NCBI GenBank assembly: GCA_005777805.1
Contig: SXLG01000092.1
Coordinates: forward strand, 3,344 to 67,343
DNA from: Pseudomonadota bacterium
GTDB lineage: Bacteria > Desulfobacterota > Binatia > UBA12015
Length of the DNA stretch: 64,000 bases
Direction: 5' to 3'
Part shown: positions 8,264 to 17,821 of the stretch, one piece after another
Layout of the letters: every line of letters starts with the position of its first letter
Position numbering within the stretch: the stretch's first letter is position 1
Position numbers and translations under genes: made by a program
The notes under the pieces: generated by a model
The model's input: only the letters and a program-made list of their open reading frames with translations
The model's database searches: none
Told to the model about the DNA's origin: nothing

Positions 8264-8685
8264 CGCGATTCGTGATCGGTTTTTTGCTTGGCGTGATTCT
8301 CGGTGCCGCTGGCATGGGGGCCTTCCTCGTGGTCGGCCACGGCAGCGACTACTTCGTCTCGGCGAGCCCGCGCGTGCGTGAGCTCGAAGCCGGTCTGCGC
8401 GAAGGCCAGCACGAGCGCGAGTGGCTGCGTGCCCGCCTGACCGAGGCCAACGACGCGCTGGGCCGGCTCGAATCGCGTTTCGTCGGCCTCGCCCAGCGCT
8501 TCGAATCGCTCGCTGGACAGCCGCCGCTCGCGCCTCCCCGCTTGCGACCGCAGGCCGTACCTTCGGCAGCCCCGCCGAGTGCTGCGCAGGGCCAGCTGCG
8601 CGCTCCCGCGCTCGCACCAGCAGCACCCATCCCGACACCGCCTGTGGCAGCATCCGCGGCACGGGGAATCGAGCTGGCCCCGTAA
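8260..8685 (+). CDS. Small membrane-anchored coiled-coil protein with a Pro/Ala-rich tail, function unknown
   Basis: ATG at 8260 with GGAGGAGAG upstream and a 4-nt overlap with the preceding stop. One N-terminal TM helix (MTRFVIGFLLGVILGAAGMGAFLVV), then heptad-like RELEAGLREGQHEREWLRARLTEANDALGRLESRFVGLAQRFESL. Confidence 0.6.
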   Translation: MTRFVIGFLLGVILGAAGMGAFLVVGHGSDYFVSASPRVRELEAGLREGQHEREWLRARLTEANDALGRLESRFVGLAQRFESLAGQPPLAPPRLRPQAVPSAAPPSAAQGQLRAPALAPAAPIPTPPVAASAARGIELAP

Positions 8686-8791
8686 CGTTTCAATTTCGCG
8701 AAGACAGCGCGGTTTGCTTCGGGGCAACTGCCCCCCTGCGACGCGTGTTGTGGCTGGGCCTCAAACACAGGCTCTCCGCGGTCACGACGCA

Positions 8792-9010
8792 TCACACCTC
8801 GAACGCCGATCTCGAGACCCCGGACTGCCGGAGGATGGAGAGCAATGCCCCGATACGAAGTTCGTCGTGATCCGGGACGGGAGGCGTGGTCGTCGAGCCC
8901 GCCGCCGCCTGCTGCATCACGACATGGCTGCTGCGCCGACGCTCTTCCGAGAAGCCGTGGAGAGCGAAGATCTCACAGACCTGGCGGCCTGACAGGGCGA
9001 ACGAAGCCAA
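8792..9010 (-). CDS. hicA: HicA-like (YcfA family) mRNA-interferase toxin with no recognisable HicB partner
   Basis: Family-typical text: LSGRQVCEIFALHGFSEERRRSSHVVMQQ...TTTPPVPDHDELRIGALLSILRQSGVSRSAFEV (Gf..r..gSH..., vPvP.H.el..G.l.sIlrq.G.). The track start is TTG, so the true start is uncertain. Confidence 0.65.
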   Translation of the reverse strand: MASFALSGRQVCEIFALHGFSEERRRSSHVVMQQAAAGSTTTPPVPDHDELRIGALLSILRQSGVSRSAFEV

Positions 9011-9102
9011 GCCGCGGGTCCGGAAACGAGAATATAGGGAGAGCGCGGATAGGTGCGCGCAGGATCGGCGATCTGGAGTCGCACGGCTCGTGGCCCTTCC
9101 GC

Positions 9103-9155
9103 GTGGGGTCCTCTAGTCGGGTGACTACCAGGACCCCACGGGGGAAGGCTTTTTT
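9103..9155. terminator. Strong extended hairpin followed, on the plus strand, by a T6 run; terminator-like or small structured RNA
   Basis: GTGGGGTCCT c TAGTC GGGT GACTA cc AGGACCCCAC: a 10-bp outer stem at 9103-9112/9130-9139 and a 5-bp inner stem. This is followed by gggggaaggc and TTTTTT (9150-9155). It lies between the hicA start and the stop (9204) of the DUF1566-like gene. Confidence 0.4.
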
Positions 9156-9203
9156 CGCTCACGTCACGACGCGACTGTGCGCTGATTTCTTATCCCTACG
9201 AGG

Positions 9204-9902
9204 TCAAAAGCCGCCACGAACAGCACGAACGTAGAGGGCCTCCGTCTTGCGGAAGTTGTCCGTGATGCTGAAGCCGGTAGGCACCGCCCACGCCCTCGTC
9301 GGAGCGCCCTGGGCGGACGAGACCGACCAGTAGGCGCTCGTCTTCGTAACCGACAAGAGCGGATCAACGATGCAAGGACTGGATTCGCAGATCCCTGCCG
9401 GGAGAAGCGTTTGCAATTCGAAGAGCGTGGGCAACCGCCAGTCGTGCGATGCCGCAAAGCCCGCCGAGTTCAGGTCGTCCACGAAATCCGTAAACGCCGC
9501 ACCGTCAGCGTTCGTGGAACCTGCAGTCCAGGAATAGAGGTTGTCCACGTCGTGAGGATTCAGGTTGTCCTGCCCACTATTGAGGCCAGGCACCTTTTTC
9601 TCCCATACAAGCTGCGTGAGGTTGTCGGTGATCGTTTCGTCCCCGTTGTCCACGAAGCGCGGGCCCTCGCACGAGGTGCCGGGGTACTTCGCCCCGAGCT
9701 TGGTCCACGCGTCGGCGTACTTCTCGCGGCACTTCACGAACGCGCTATCTGCGAACCCTTTCGCCGCCGCCTTGGCCTCGCAGCTCGCATACTTGCCGGC
9801 GGCCATGTAGCGCGCCGAAATACAGCCAGCCTCGTCGGCGTACGCGCTGGCAGCGCATAGGAGCGCCACTCCCGCGACACTTATCGCAACTCGTCGAATC
9901 AT
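9204..9902 (-). CDS. Secreted DUF1566 (Lcl C-terminal-like) domain protein with an N-terminal Cys-rich helical module
   Basis: ATG at 9902 (MIRRVAISVAGVALLCAASAYA signal peptide) inside track ORF 9204..10001. DUF1566-type text: ITDNLTQLVWEKK...LYSWTAG...DWRLPTLFELQTL...AYWSVSS...AWAV...GF....K.EALYVRAVRG. Confidence 0.8.
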   Translation of the reverse strand: MIRRVAISVAGVALLCAASAYADEAGCISARYMAAGKYASCEAKAAAKGFADSAFVKCREKYADAWTKLGAKYPGTSCEGPRFVDNGDETITDNLTQLVWEKKVPGLNSGQDNLNPHDVDNLYSWTAGSTNADGAAFTDFVDDLNSAGFAASHDWRLPTLFELQTLLPAGICESSPCIVDPLLSVTKTSAYWSVSSAQGAPTRAWAVPTGFSITDNFRKTEALYVRAVRGGF

Positions 9903-10337
9903 CGGATGTCCTCGCTTTCGGGTATACCCACGGGTCTTCTGGACTAGTTTCGTCTCCCCGCCGGGTGACGGGCGAGCGGGAAAAGTACCCGAGAAGCGCA
10001 AGCGTGCGCAAGCCCATTTCTTTCACCGGAAGGGCTTTCCGACCGTGGCTCACAGGACAAGTGGCATAGACCGGGAAGCCTCCCCGGGGGGCAACACCTC
10101 GTCGGCCCCTGCCCGGTGCCCCCACAAGAGCGAGTTCCAGGGAACGAGCGAGGCGCGTAGCGGACCCCACATGCCGCCAAATCCTCCTTTTGCGGTCGGT
10201 TCGCGGACTTGTCCGGATCTCCTTCAGGAACTGTAGTTGGTGAAGACAGGAACTACGGCTCCTGATGCCCGCGCCCGACGTGTGCCGCGGAGAGCGCGGA
10301 TCCGCCGTAGGCCTTGGCGAGCGCCCGGGACCGTCAC

Positions 10338-10379
10338 GAAATGAAATCGCCCGCCGGGAGGGGGAACCCGGCGGGCGAT
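10338..10379 (-). terminator. Rho-independent-type terminator downstream of the metalloprotease gene
   Basis: Perfect 13-bp stem, ATCGCCCGCCGGG (10346-10358) / CCCGGCGGGCGAT (10367-10379), with an 8-nt loop. On the minus strand it is followed by TTTCATTTC. It lies about 75 nt past the stop at 10454. Confidence 0.6.
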
Positions 10380-10453
10380 CCGTCAGCGCCCCGATGGCGC
10401 CACACAAGCGAGGGCTGGACCAAGCGCCGGCCCCGTCCCTCGCCACGTCGGGT

Positions 10454-12382
10454 TCAGTCGGTCTCGCAGCGTGTGACCTGGCGACCTTCGGGCCAGGTGG
10501 TCTGGCACTGGAGCCGCGCTGCTGCGCGCTGCGTGCCCAGGTTCAGGTCAATGACAAGACTGCTGGCACCGGCCAGCTTCCTTGCCGCCGGGTCGTTCGA
10601 GTGGAGGCTCAGCGCAACGCTGTCGCCGCCCGTGGCGTGCAACGAGAGCCCGCTACGGGCGGTGCCGAGACGCGCCACAGTGCCGGCTCCGTTGATCCGC
10701 AGTGCACTGTCGCTGGCAGCGAGCGTCCAGGTCGCGCGCTCGCTTTCGATCACCACCCCGACCTCGGAGGCCGAACGCATCTCGATCCCTCCGGGGAAGC
10801 GCATGCGCAGGTCGAGCAGGACCTTGCCCGTCTTGCGGACAGCGACACGGGTGTATCCCTCGAGCGCGCCGCACCCCAGCGACTGCGCGTTGGGCAGTGC
10901 GGCGCACGAGTCACAGACATCGCCCACGCCGTCGTCGTCGGCGTCGCTCTGGGCCGAGTTGTAATTGGCGGGACAATTGTCGTCGCTGTCGCCCACGCCG
11001 TCGATGTCCGCATCCTGCACCGGGGCAGGTGCCGGCGTTGGCTTGACCGCGGGGGTGGGCCTCGGTGTCGCTGTAGGCCGCGGCGTCGCGGTGGGCCGCG
11101 GGCTCGGCGTCGGGGTCGGCGCGGGCGCCGTGTCGCCGGGATAGAGCCACGCCAAAGCACCCTGGTCGTAGTCAGCAAGGCGGGCGCCGCGCCCGTCGAA
11201 ATGCGCCATCCAGTACATCGTCGCGCCGGTGATGAAAGAGTCGTTGATGCTGCCCATGCCGGCTTCCCACGAGTGGGCCAGGCCGAGCGTGTGACCGAGC
11301 TCGTGGGTCAGAACCTCCTCGAGGTTCTTCTCGTTCCAGAACCAGCACGAATCCCAGCCGTCGTTGACCACGATCGCGCCGCTGGTGATGCGCTGGTAGC
11401 CCGTGCCACCGTAGTTCGAGCCACTCGAGCAGAAGCCGCCCACGGCGATCGCGCCCCCGCCGCAGCTCACCGGATCGCCCACCTGCTCCCCGGGATCGTT
11501 CCAGCTCACGGTGACGTAACCCGGATTGCAGACAAAACCTGGACCTTGACGGTTGCCAGCGAGCTGCACGTCGAGCGCGCTCCCCGGCTGGCCGTCCCAG
11601 GCGGCGACCATGGCCTGCTCGACCCGGCGCGACACGGCCCCACCCAGCGTGCGGTCCGCGGCAAGATCGCCGAAGACCGAGAGCGGCCCGTCGAACCAGC
11701 GGGACTCGGGCGACATCATGCGAAACTCGCGCACGGCCTGCGCGCGACCGGCGAGCGGCGCGCCCGCCGACTCGAGACGCGCCAGTGCAGCCGTTCCACC
11801 ACGCGGGCGCCAGTGGGTCCGCATCTCGCGCCCTCCCGGCAAGCCGGCGACAAAGCTGTCCAGCGAAAGACGCTCGGTGCCGCGGCCGCGCCGTTCGCGC
11901 TGCAACCAGACGCGACCGTTCGACTCGACCTCAGCCTCGAGTTTGCCGAGCGCCATCTGATGGGTGTGGAGGCGGCCCGCTTCGTCGCGCTTGACGTGGA
12001 CCAGCGCCGTCTCGCCGACGCGGTATTCGGGCGAGCCGAACATCCACTGCTGATCGGTGCCGACGTGGCCGCCGACCTCGCGCAGGACGATGCGATCACC
12101 CGCGACCGCGCCCTTGAGCCCGTCGTGCACGACCAGCGTGATCTCGGTGTCGATCCGCGAGCCGTCGGGCTGGGCCACGCTCTGTACTTGCTCGACCGTC
12201 GCGAGCACGACCGCATCCGCACTGCTCGCCAGCGCCTGGGGTTCAGGCACGACCCAGGTCGTCGCCTCCGCTGGCGAGCCTACAAACATCGCGAGAAACC
12301 CGTAGAGCAGACTCCCGAGAGCGCGCGCTCCACACACCGGGCGAGTTCCGCTCCGCCTCAACCACCACAACCCCATACCCAC
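10454..12382 (-). CDS. Secreted zinc metalloprotease (HExxHxxGxxH, matrixin/M10-like) with a Pro/Thr linker, thrombospondin type-3 (TSP3) repeats and a C-terminal beta module
   Basis: Zinc site: VLTHELGHTLGLAHS. Linker: APAPTPTPSPRPTATPRPTATPRPTP. TSP3 repeats: DADIDGVGDSDDNCPANYNSAQSDADDDGVGDVCDSC. The opposite-strand 763-aa ORF (10265..12556) is Arg/Ala-rich with no motifs. Confidence 0.9.
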   Translation of the reverse strand: MGMGLWWLRRSGTRPVCGARALGSLLYGFLAMFVGSPAEATTWVVPEPQALASSADAVVLATVEQVQSVAQPDGSRIDTEITLVVHDGLKGAVAGDRIVLREVGGHVGTDQQWMFGSPEYRVGETALVHVKRDEAGRLHTHQMALGKLEAEVESNGRVWLQRERRGRGTERLSLDSFVAGLPGGREMRTHWRPRGGTAALARLESAGAPLAGRAQAVREFRMMSPESRWFDGPLSVFGDLAADRTLGGAVSRRVEQAMVAAWDGQPGSALDVQLAGNRQGPGFVCNPGYVTVSWNDPGEQVGDPVSCGGGAIAVGGFCSSGSNYGGTGYQRITSGAIVVNDGWDSCWFWNEKNLEEVLTHELGHTLGLAHSWEAGMGSINDSFITGATMYWMAHFDGRGARLADYDQGALAWLYPGDTAPAPTPTPSPRPTATPRPTATPRPTPAVKPTPAPAPVQDADIDGVGDSDDNCPANYNSAQSDADDDGVGDVCDSCAALPNAQSLGCGALEGYTRVAVRKTGKVLLDLRMRFPGGIEMRSASEVGVVIESERATWTLAASDSALRINGAGTVARLGTARSGLSLHATGGDSVALSLHSNDPAARKLAGASSLVIDLNLGTQRAAARLQCQTTWPEGRQVTRCETD

Positions 12383-12738
12383 CTCCGGGCCGGTAGAGAT
12401 CGCAATGGAGATGCCAGCGTGTCGTGCTCGGAATTACGTGGTTCGGGGAAACGCGACGTCGGGCATGCGCTGGCGAGCGCGTGTCCGGAACGTGTCGAGC
12501 GCCAACTCCTCGACGGTCGGCCCGCGGCGCGGGCGCGACCCCACGCCATGGCGTGACGCACGCCCACGCTCGGGCTCCCCCCGTGATTTCAGAACTGACC
12601 CGGGGGCACATCGGGGTAAACCCCATCCTGCGGAGGCCGCGTCTCCGTTCCCTGGACCTGCCGGAGGCAGCCGGGCGGCCATCCACCGACCGAGGCAAAT
12701 GGCTTTCGCCGCCTGCGTGGCTGTGATTGAAATCCCCC

Positions 12739-13506
12739 ATGGCGTGCCTGACATGCCTCGGCACGAGCGATTCCTTCGGCAGCGCGGGGCGCCACTGCGC
12801 GGGCTACCTGCTCGAAAGCGCCGCGAGCCGCATCCTGATCGACGCCGGCCCGGGCATTCTCACCGCACTCAAGGCCCGGCAGATCGATCCAGCGACCATC
12901 GACGGCATCGTGTTGAGCCATCTCCACGGCGACCACTTCGGAGGCGTGCCCTTCCTCTTGCTCGACGCGATCTACGACACGCCTCGGTCGCGGACGCTTT
13001 CGATCGTCGGCCCACCGACCACCCGGCGACGCGTGGAGAATCTCTTTGTCGCGCTCTATGCGGAACGAGAGGGCCGGGAACTCCCCTTCCCGGTCGAGTG
13101 GGTCGAACTCGAGGACGGCAGATCGACCGAAATCGCGGACGTCGCGGTGGAAGCGTTCCGCGTGCCGCACATGGACGACGCCATCTCACTCGGCCATCGC
13201 CTGCGCACCGCGGGCCGCGCGCTCGTCTACACCGGCGATACGCCGTGGACGGACGATCTCCTGCGCGCGGCCGCCGGGGCGGATCTTCTGCTCTGCGAGT
13301 GCACGACGTTCGAAACGGTCGTGCCCAAGCACATTCGCTACGTTGAGATCGAGGCCAACCGCCACCGCTTCGACTGCGGCAACGTGCTCCTCACCCATCT
13401 CGGGCGCGAGATGCGCCATCGCCGTGGCGACGTCGCCGAGACGATGGCCGACGACGGCCTGCGCTTCGATCTCGCCGCGCCCGACCTCGCCTCATCCCGT
13501 CGCTAG
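12739..13506 (+). CDS. MBL-fold metallo-hydrolase
   Basis: ATG at 12739 (MACLTCLGTSD). Metallo-beta-lactamase motif: VLSHLHGDHFGG (HxHxDH). Later YTGDT and LLTHL. TAG stop. Confidence 0.85.
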   Translation: MACLTCLGTSDSFGSAGRHCAGYLLESAASRILIDAGPGILTALKARQIDPATIDGIVLSHLHGDHFGGVPFLLLDAIYDTPRSRTLSIVGPPTTRRRVENLFVALYAEREGRELPFPVEWVELEDGRSTEIADVAVEAFRVPHMDDAISLGHRLRTAGRALVYTGDTPWTDDLLRAAAGADLLLCECTTFETVVPKHIRYVEIEANRHRFDCGNVLLTHLGREMRHRRGDVAETMADDGLRFDLAAPDLASSRR

Positions 13507-13684
13507 CAGGCAGGGTGCAATTCGCCCCAAGCTGGGAAGTTGTCGGCGGTCCGGGCTTCACCGTCCAACATGAGCTTCCCGCTGCTGTAGTCACCGCCAA
13601 CGAACTTGAGCGGCAACGGTCAGATCCTCGCCGAGCACGACAATCATAATTCCAATCTGCGGGCCCCGGATGCAGACAACGCGT

Positions 13685-15052
13685 TCAGCCGCCACAGCCC
13701 AGCGCATCGAAGTCCGTCGTGGTCGTGTAGGAAGCCGTCGGCAGATACGGCCCCATCACGTCCCGCTCGATGCCCGGCATGGTGACGTTCTGCGCAGCCT
13801 CGGCGAAGTCGGGTGCCGGCAGCATGTTGCGGATCACGATGAGGCCGTAGTCAGGCCGCCCTGCGGCGTCGCCGTTCGGGCCCCAGTCGAGCCACGTGAC
13901 ACCGCACTCGGGCTGCGCGTTGGCGGGCCGATCCTCGGGGCGACTGACGACGATCGTGTCGTTTCGCTCCGCATCGATCGTCACCTGGTGATCGGCGAGG
14001 CAATCCACCGTGCGTAGGGTCACACGTGACTCGATCTGGCAGATCGACCAGTAGCGGAGCTGGCCCGTGCCCATGACCGGTTGGCCGTTCTCGGTCGTCG
14101 GGTACGTTGGGAGCTTGCCGCGCAGGACCAACACGGGCCCGTAGCGGCGGCTCAGATGCGCGTATACGTAGCGAATATCGAGATTGGCATACAAGCCACC
14201 TGTTTCGGCGTAGCTCGCGTTCGCACGGTTCGGCTCGAGGGGCGTACCAAGCCAAAAATCAGTGGCAGCAAAGGCCAGACTGAAGAAACGCTCCCAGAGC
14301 GGCGGCTCGAAGGCCGGATGGGTGGCCGGGTCGCCACCCGCCATGTTGGCGAACGCCTGCCAGAGCACCGCCGGAAGCGGCTGCAGGGGTACCGTGCGGT
14401 CGGCATCGTTGATGGCATTGCACAGCGCCTCGCCGCGGAGCCTGCTGCCGTCGGCCATGACGAGGATCGGCTTCGGCAGACCGCTGTCTCCGGCGAGGTC
14501 GCGCCCCGCGTCCGGCACGTAGACTCGGTAGAGAATCTCGCGCGGCCGGGACGCTCCGGTGCTCGCGTAGAGGGTGTTCGGCGCACGCAGAGCTGAGTCG
14601 ACGGGCCTCACCTGGTCAACGATCTCGACCCGGTATCCCCCGCGTTTGCGTACGTTCCCCGCAACGAAGGGATTTGCCGCCCCTCCGTCCGGCTCGATGA
14701 GGTAGTCGGGCAGGCTGTCGATGGAACCGCCGCCGGCCGGATCGTAGGCGTTGAGCGACTGGTAACGGGCGCGCGCGTACCGGCCCTTGAGCACCAGCCG
14801 CGCACCGGCGGGGACGGAAAAGCGCGCGAACCAGTAGGTCGCCGCCTCCTCGGGGAAGTTGAAGGCGCGCCCGTCGAAGTCGGGCACCGCGTCCGGCTGC
14901 GCGGTCGAGATGGGGCCCACCCAGAAGCAGGCCCTGAGCGGATCGCGGCCGGCGTACGCACCGCCGACTCCGAACGCGAGCATAAGGATCAACGCTGCCG
15001 TGAACCGCAGCGCCTCGCGCTGCCACCGCCAACCACTCTTCGGGATCTTCAT
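13685..15052 (-). CDS. Secreted hypothetical protein (455 aa)
   Basis: ATG at 15052 (MKIPKSGWRWQREALRFTAALILMLAFGVGGAYA signal peptide) inside track ORF 13685..15295. Long non-repetitive, aromatic-rich text (YWFARFSVPAG..., LRYWSICQIESRV...). No family recognised. Confidence 0.75.
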   Translation of the reverse strand: MKIPKSGWRWQREALRFTAALILMLAFGVGGAYAGRDPLRACFWVGPISTAQPDAVPDFDGRAFNFPEEAATYWFARFSVPAGARLVLKGRYARARYQSLNAYDPAGGGSIDSLPDYLIEPDGGAANPFVAGNVRKRGGYRVEIVDQVRPVDSALRAPNTLYASTGASRPREILYRVYVPDAGRDLAGDSGLPKPILVMADGSRLRGEALCNAINDADRTVPLQPLPAVLWQAFANMAGGDPATHPAFEPPLWERFFSLAFAATDFWLGTPLEPNRANASYAETGGLYANLDIRYVYAHLSRRYGPVLVLRGKLPTYPTTENGQPVMGTGQLRYWSICQIESRVTLRTVDCLADHQVTIDAERNDTIVVSRPEDRPANAQPECGVTWLDWGPNGDAAGRPDYGLIVIRNMLPAPDFAEAAQNVTMPGIERDVMGPYLPTASYTTTTDFDALGCGG

Positions 15053-15203
15053 GGCCACTATGTGTCCACCTCCAGTGGTTGCGAATACCCCGGCTCCGCG
15101 GACCGTGCGTGCCAATCCTCGGGACCTCGGGCGCCAAATGGCTTGCCCACCGGCGGGGAGGCTGTGAACATGCCCGCGACGGGTTGCGCCCGTGGGCTTG
15201 GTC

Positions 15204-16220
15204 ATGCGGAAGGACCTCACCATCTCCGGCGCGTGGACCCAGATCGTGCTGCGCGGCCTCGAGCAGTGTGGGCTCGACGTCCGCGCCCTCTGCATGCGGT
15301 CCGGGCTCGTCTACACCCAGCTCAATGACGCCGCCGCGCGAGTGCCCCGCGACCAGTCGGGCCTCCTTTGGCGAGCGGCCGCGCAGGCCTCCGACGACGA
15401 GTGCCTTGGGCTGCACGCCGCCGAGCGCTCGCCTGTATCCGCCAACAACCTCGTCGCGCATCTCCTGATGAGCAGCCGCACGCTGCGCGAAGGCTTCCGG
15501 CTTGCGCTGGCCCATCAGCGGCTGCTGGCGCACGAGACCGTCGTGACGCTCAAGGAGCACCGCGACCTGATCGAGATCCAACTCGCGCGCGTAGGCGGCG
15601 ATCTGCCGGTGACGCCGCACGAGATTGACTTCATGGCGGTGGTGCTGGTGCGCTTCGCCACCTTCGTGCTGCCTCCTGGGGCCTGGCACCTGACCGGCGT
15701 TCGGCTCGAACGCACGGCCCCGGCAAGCGGCCCCAGAGAGCACGAACGGGTGTTCGGCTGCTCGGTCGGCTTCACGCAACCGGAGAACGCGCTCGTCGTG
15801 CCCGCTACCGTGATGGACGCTACTTCCCCGCACTACAGCCCGGGGCTCTTGCACGCCTTGGAGGTGGAAGCTGCGGCGCAGGAACAACAGCTCGCAGAGC
15901 GGAGCCTGAGGGCGGAGGTGCGGGTGCGGCTGCGGCAACGGCTCAGGTCGGGCGTGCACGGCGTGGAGGAGGTGGCGCCCGACCTCCACCTGAGCGTGCG
16001 GACGCTGCAGCGACGGCTGGGAGCCGAGGGGACGAGCTTCAGCGCAGTGCTTGACGAGACGCGGCGCGACGCTGCGCTTGAACTGCTGGCCGGTGACCCA
16101 TCGCTCAAGCAGACCTCCAAGGCCGTAGGCCTCTCGAGCACACGCGCGCTGGTCCGTGCCATGAAGCGCTGGACCGGACTGACGCCCTCGGAGTGGCGAA
16201 CAGCCGACAGAAGGTCCTAG
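15204..16220 (+). CDS. AraC-family transcriptional regulator
   Basis: C-terminal AraC HTH text: VEEVAPDLHLSVRTLQRRLGAEGTSFSAVLDETRRDAALELL...SLKQTSKAVGLSSTRALVRAMKRWTGLTPSEWR. Divergent from the gene at 13685..15052 (150-bp gap). Confidence 0.85.
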   Translation: MRKDLTISGAWTQIVLRGLEQCGLDVRALCMRSGLVYTQLNDAAARVPRDQSGLLWRAAAQASDDECLGLHAAERSPVSANNLVAHLLMSSRTLREGFRLALAHQRLLAHETVVTLKEHRDLIEIQLARVGGDLPVTPHEIDFMAVVLVRFATFVLPPGAWHLTGVRLERTAPASGPREHERVFGCSVGFTQPENALVVPATVMDATSPHYSPGLLHALEVEAAAQEQQLAERSLRAEVRVRLRQRLRSGVHGVEEVAPDLHLSVRTLQRRLGAEGTSFSAVLDETRRDAALELLAGDPSLKQTSKAVGLSSTRALVRAMKRWTGLTPSEWRTADRRS

Positions 16221-16295
16221 CCGCCCCGAGATGATCGTGCAGGTCGCGCCGGGGAGCGGAACGGTGGTCGTGGGCGGCTTTCATCCGCCTCCCGT

Positions 16296-17720
16296 TCAGG
16301 ACGCCGGCTTCACCTCGAAGGCCCCGATATCACAGCGGGCTTCGGGGCCCGCCGCGGCCTGCGGGCGCGTGACACCGCGCTGATCCACCGGGGCACAGCT
16401 GCCGTCGTCGCCGGTCGGCCGGGCCGGGTTGCCGGCGTCGATCGCGGGGCTGCCCGCGTCCAGTGGCACGACCGCGGTCGGACTGCTGGCGGCATCGAGA
16501 GCGGCGAGCCGGGCCTCTTGCCCGATCACATTCCCTGTCTTGTCACCGACGAGCGCGCAGCCTGCCGGATCTTGCAGCAGATCGTAGCCGCGCGAGTCGA
16601 GCCGACCGGCACAGTCGGGGCCCTTGCCGGTGCCGCTCGCGTTGGCGGCGATGATCGAGTTGCCGATCGTGGTGGTCGCCCCGGGATCGCTGGCGATGCC
16701 GCCGCCGCTGCCCTTGCGGCCGTCGGCCGTGCCGGCGCGGTTATTCGCAATCGTGACGTTGTTGAGCGTGCTGTGGCCAGTGCCGGTCGTCCAGATGCCG
16801 CCGCCCGACACGCCGGCGACGTTGCCCGAGAGCGTGACATTGACCGCCAGCAACTCGCCCGCCGAGCGGATCGCGCCCCCGCCGACATCGCTCGTGTTGT
16901 CGACGCAGGAGACGTCCTTCAGCGAGAGCGTGCCACCGACCACGTCGATCGCACCGCCGTTCTCGGCCTTGTTCTTCACAAACGAAACCAGCGTCAATCG
17001 AGTCGTGCCGGCGCTGGCGAGCGCCCCGCCGGAGTCTGTCAGCGAGGTATTTGCCGTGAAGCTCGTACCGAGCACGTCGAGGGCAGCACCCTCCGCAGTG
17101 TAGACCGCCCCGCCGCGACCGTCAGACCTGTTGCCCTCGAAGGTCGCGTCGCGCACGGTCGCCGTGCCGAGATTCAGCAACGCCGCACCCCGGCCGGCCG
17201 GCACGAGCGGATCGGTCTTCGCCCGGTTGTCGCGCAGGACGGCGCCATCGAGGGTCAACGTGCCACGGTTGGTGATCGCCGCGCCGGTCTCGCCTTCACC
17301 GAAGGCGTTGCGCAGAGTCACGCCGGAGATCGAAACCGTGGCGCCCTTGCTGATCTCGAGAATCCTCGCCTTGCCGCCGCCGTCGATCACGACCAGATCG
17401 CTGTCCTCGCCCGAGACGGTGATCTCGCCGGCAAGAAAGAGGACGCCGCCGGCTGCGTACTCGCCCTCGTCGGGCGCGTGCAGGGGGTAGTTGCCGCCGG
17501 GAAGCTGGATCGTGCTGGCATCGTCAGCAGCGCTGGCCTCCTGAATCGCGGCGCGCAGCGTGCAGCCCCCGGCCTTGGCCAGGCAGGTGCCATCGCCGGG
17601 ATTCGCGTCGGGTGAATCGACCGTGGCATCGACCCGGATCGTGCCGGCGAACGCGGGAGTGGCCGTGGCCGCCAACAGAATCGACAGACCGAGAGCGAAG
17701 GGAACTTGCTTGCGCATCAT
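16296..17720 (-). CDS. Secreted beta-helix protein of the choice-of-anchor-Q / polymorphic-membrane-protein-repeat type
   Basis: ATGATG at 17720 with GGAGAAGAG upstream. Signal peptide: MMRKQVPFALGLSILLAATATPAFA. N-terminal text: DSPDANPGDGTCLAKAGGCTLRAAIQEA...STIQLPGGNY. Repeated GGAI/GGAL/GGGI turns. Ends with DQRGVTRP...CDIGAFE. Confidence 0.8.
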   Translation of the reverse strand: MMRKQVPFALGLSILLAATATPAFAGTIRVDATVDSPDANPGDGTCLAKAGGCTLRAAIQEASAADDASTIQLPGGNYPLHAPDEGEYAAGGVLFLAGEITVSGEDSDLVVIDGGGKARILEISKGATVSISGVTLRNAFGEGETGAAITNRGTLTLDGAVLRDNRAKTDPLVPAGRGAALLNLGTATVRDATFEGNRSDGRGGAVYTAEGAALDVLGTSFTANTSLTDSGGALASAGTTRLTLVSFVKNKAENGGAIDVVGGTLSLKDVSCVDNTSDVGGGAIRSAGELLAVNVTLSGNVAGVSGGGIWTTGTGHSTLNNVTIANNRAGTADGRKGSGGGIASDPGATTTIGNSIIAANASGTGKGPDCAGRLDSRGYDLLQDPAGCALVGDKTGNVIGQEARLAALDAASSPTAVVPLDAGSPAIDAGNPARPTGDDGSCAPVDQRGVTRPQAAAGPEARCDIGAFEVKPAS

Positions 17721-17821
17721 CTCTTCTCCGAGTGGGGGCCGCCGTGGTGGCGGAGCCGGAAGCGCTCCCCTAACCGAGCCGCGCCACCCGGTAAAGACGC
17801 AACCCCGGCAGCTTTCGCCGG

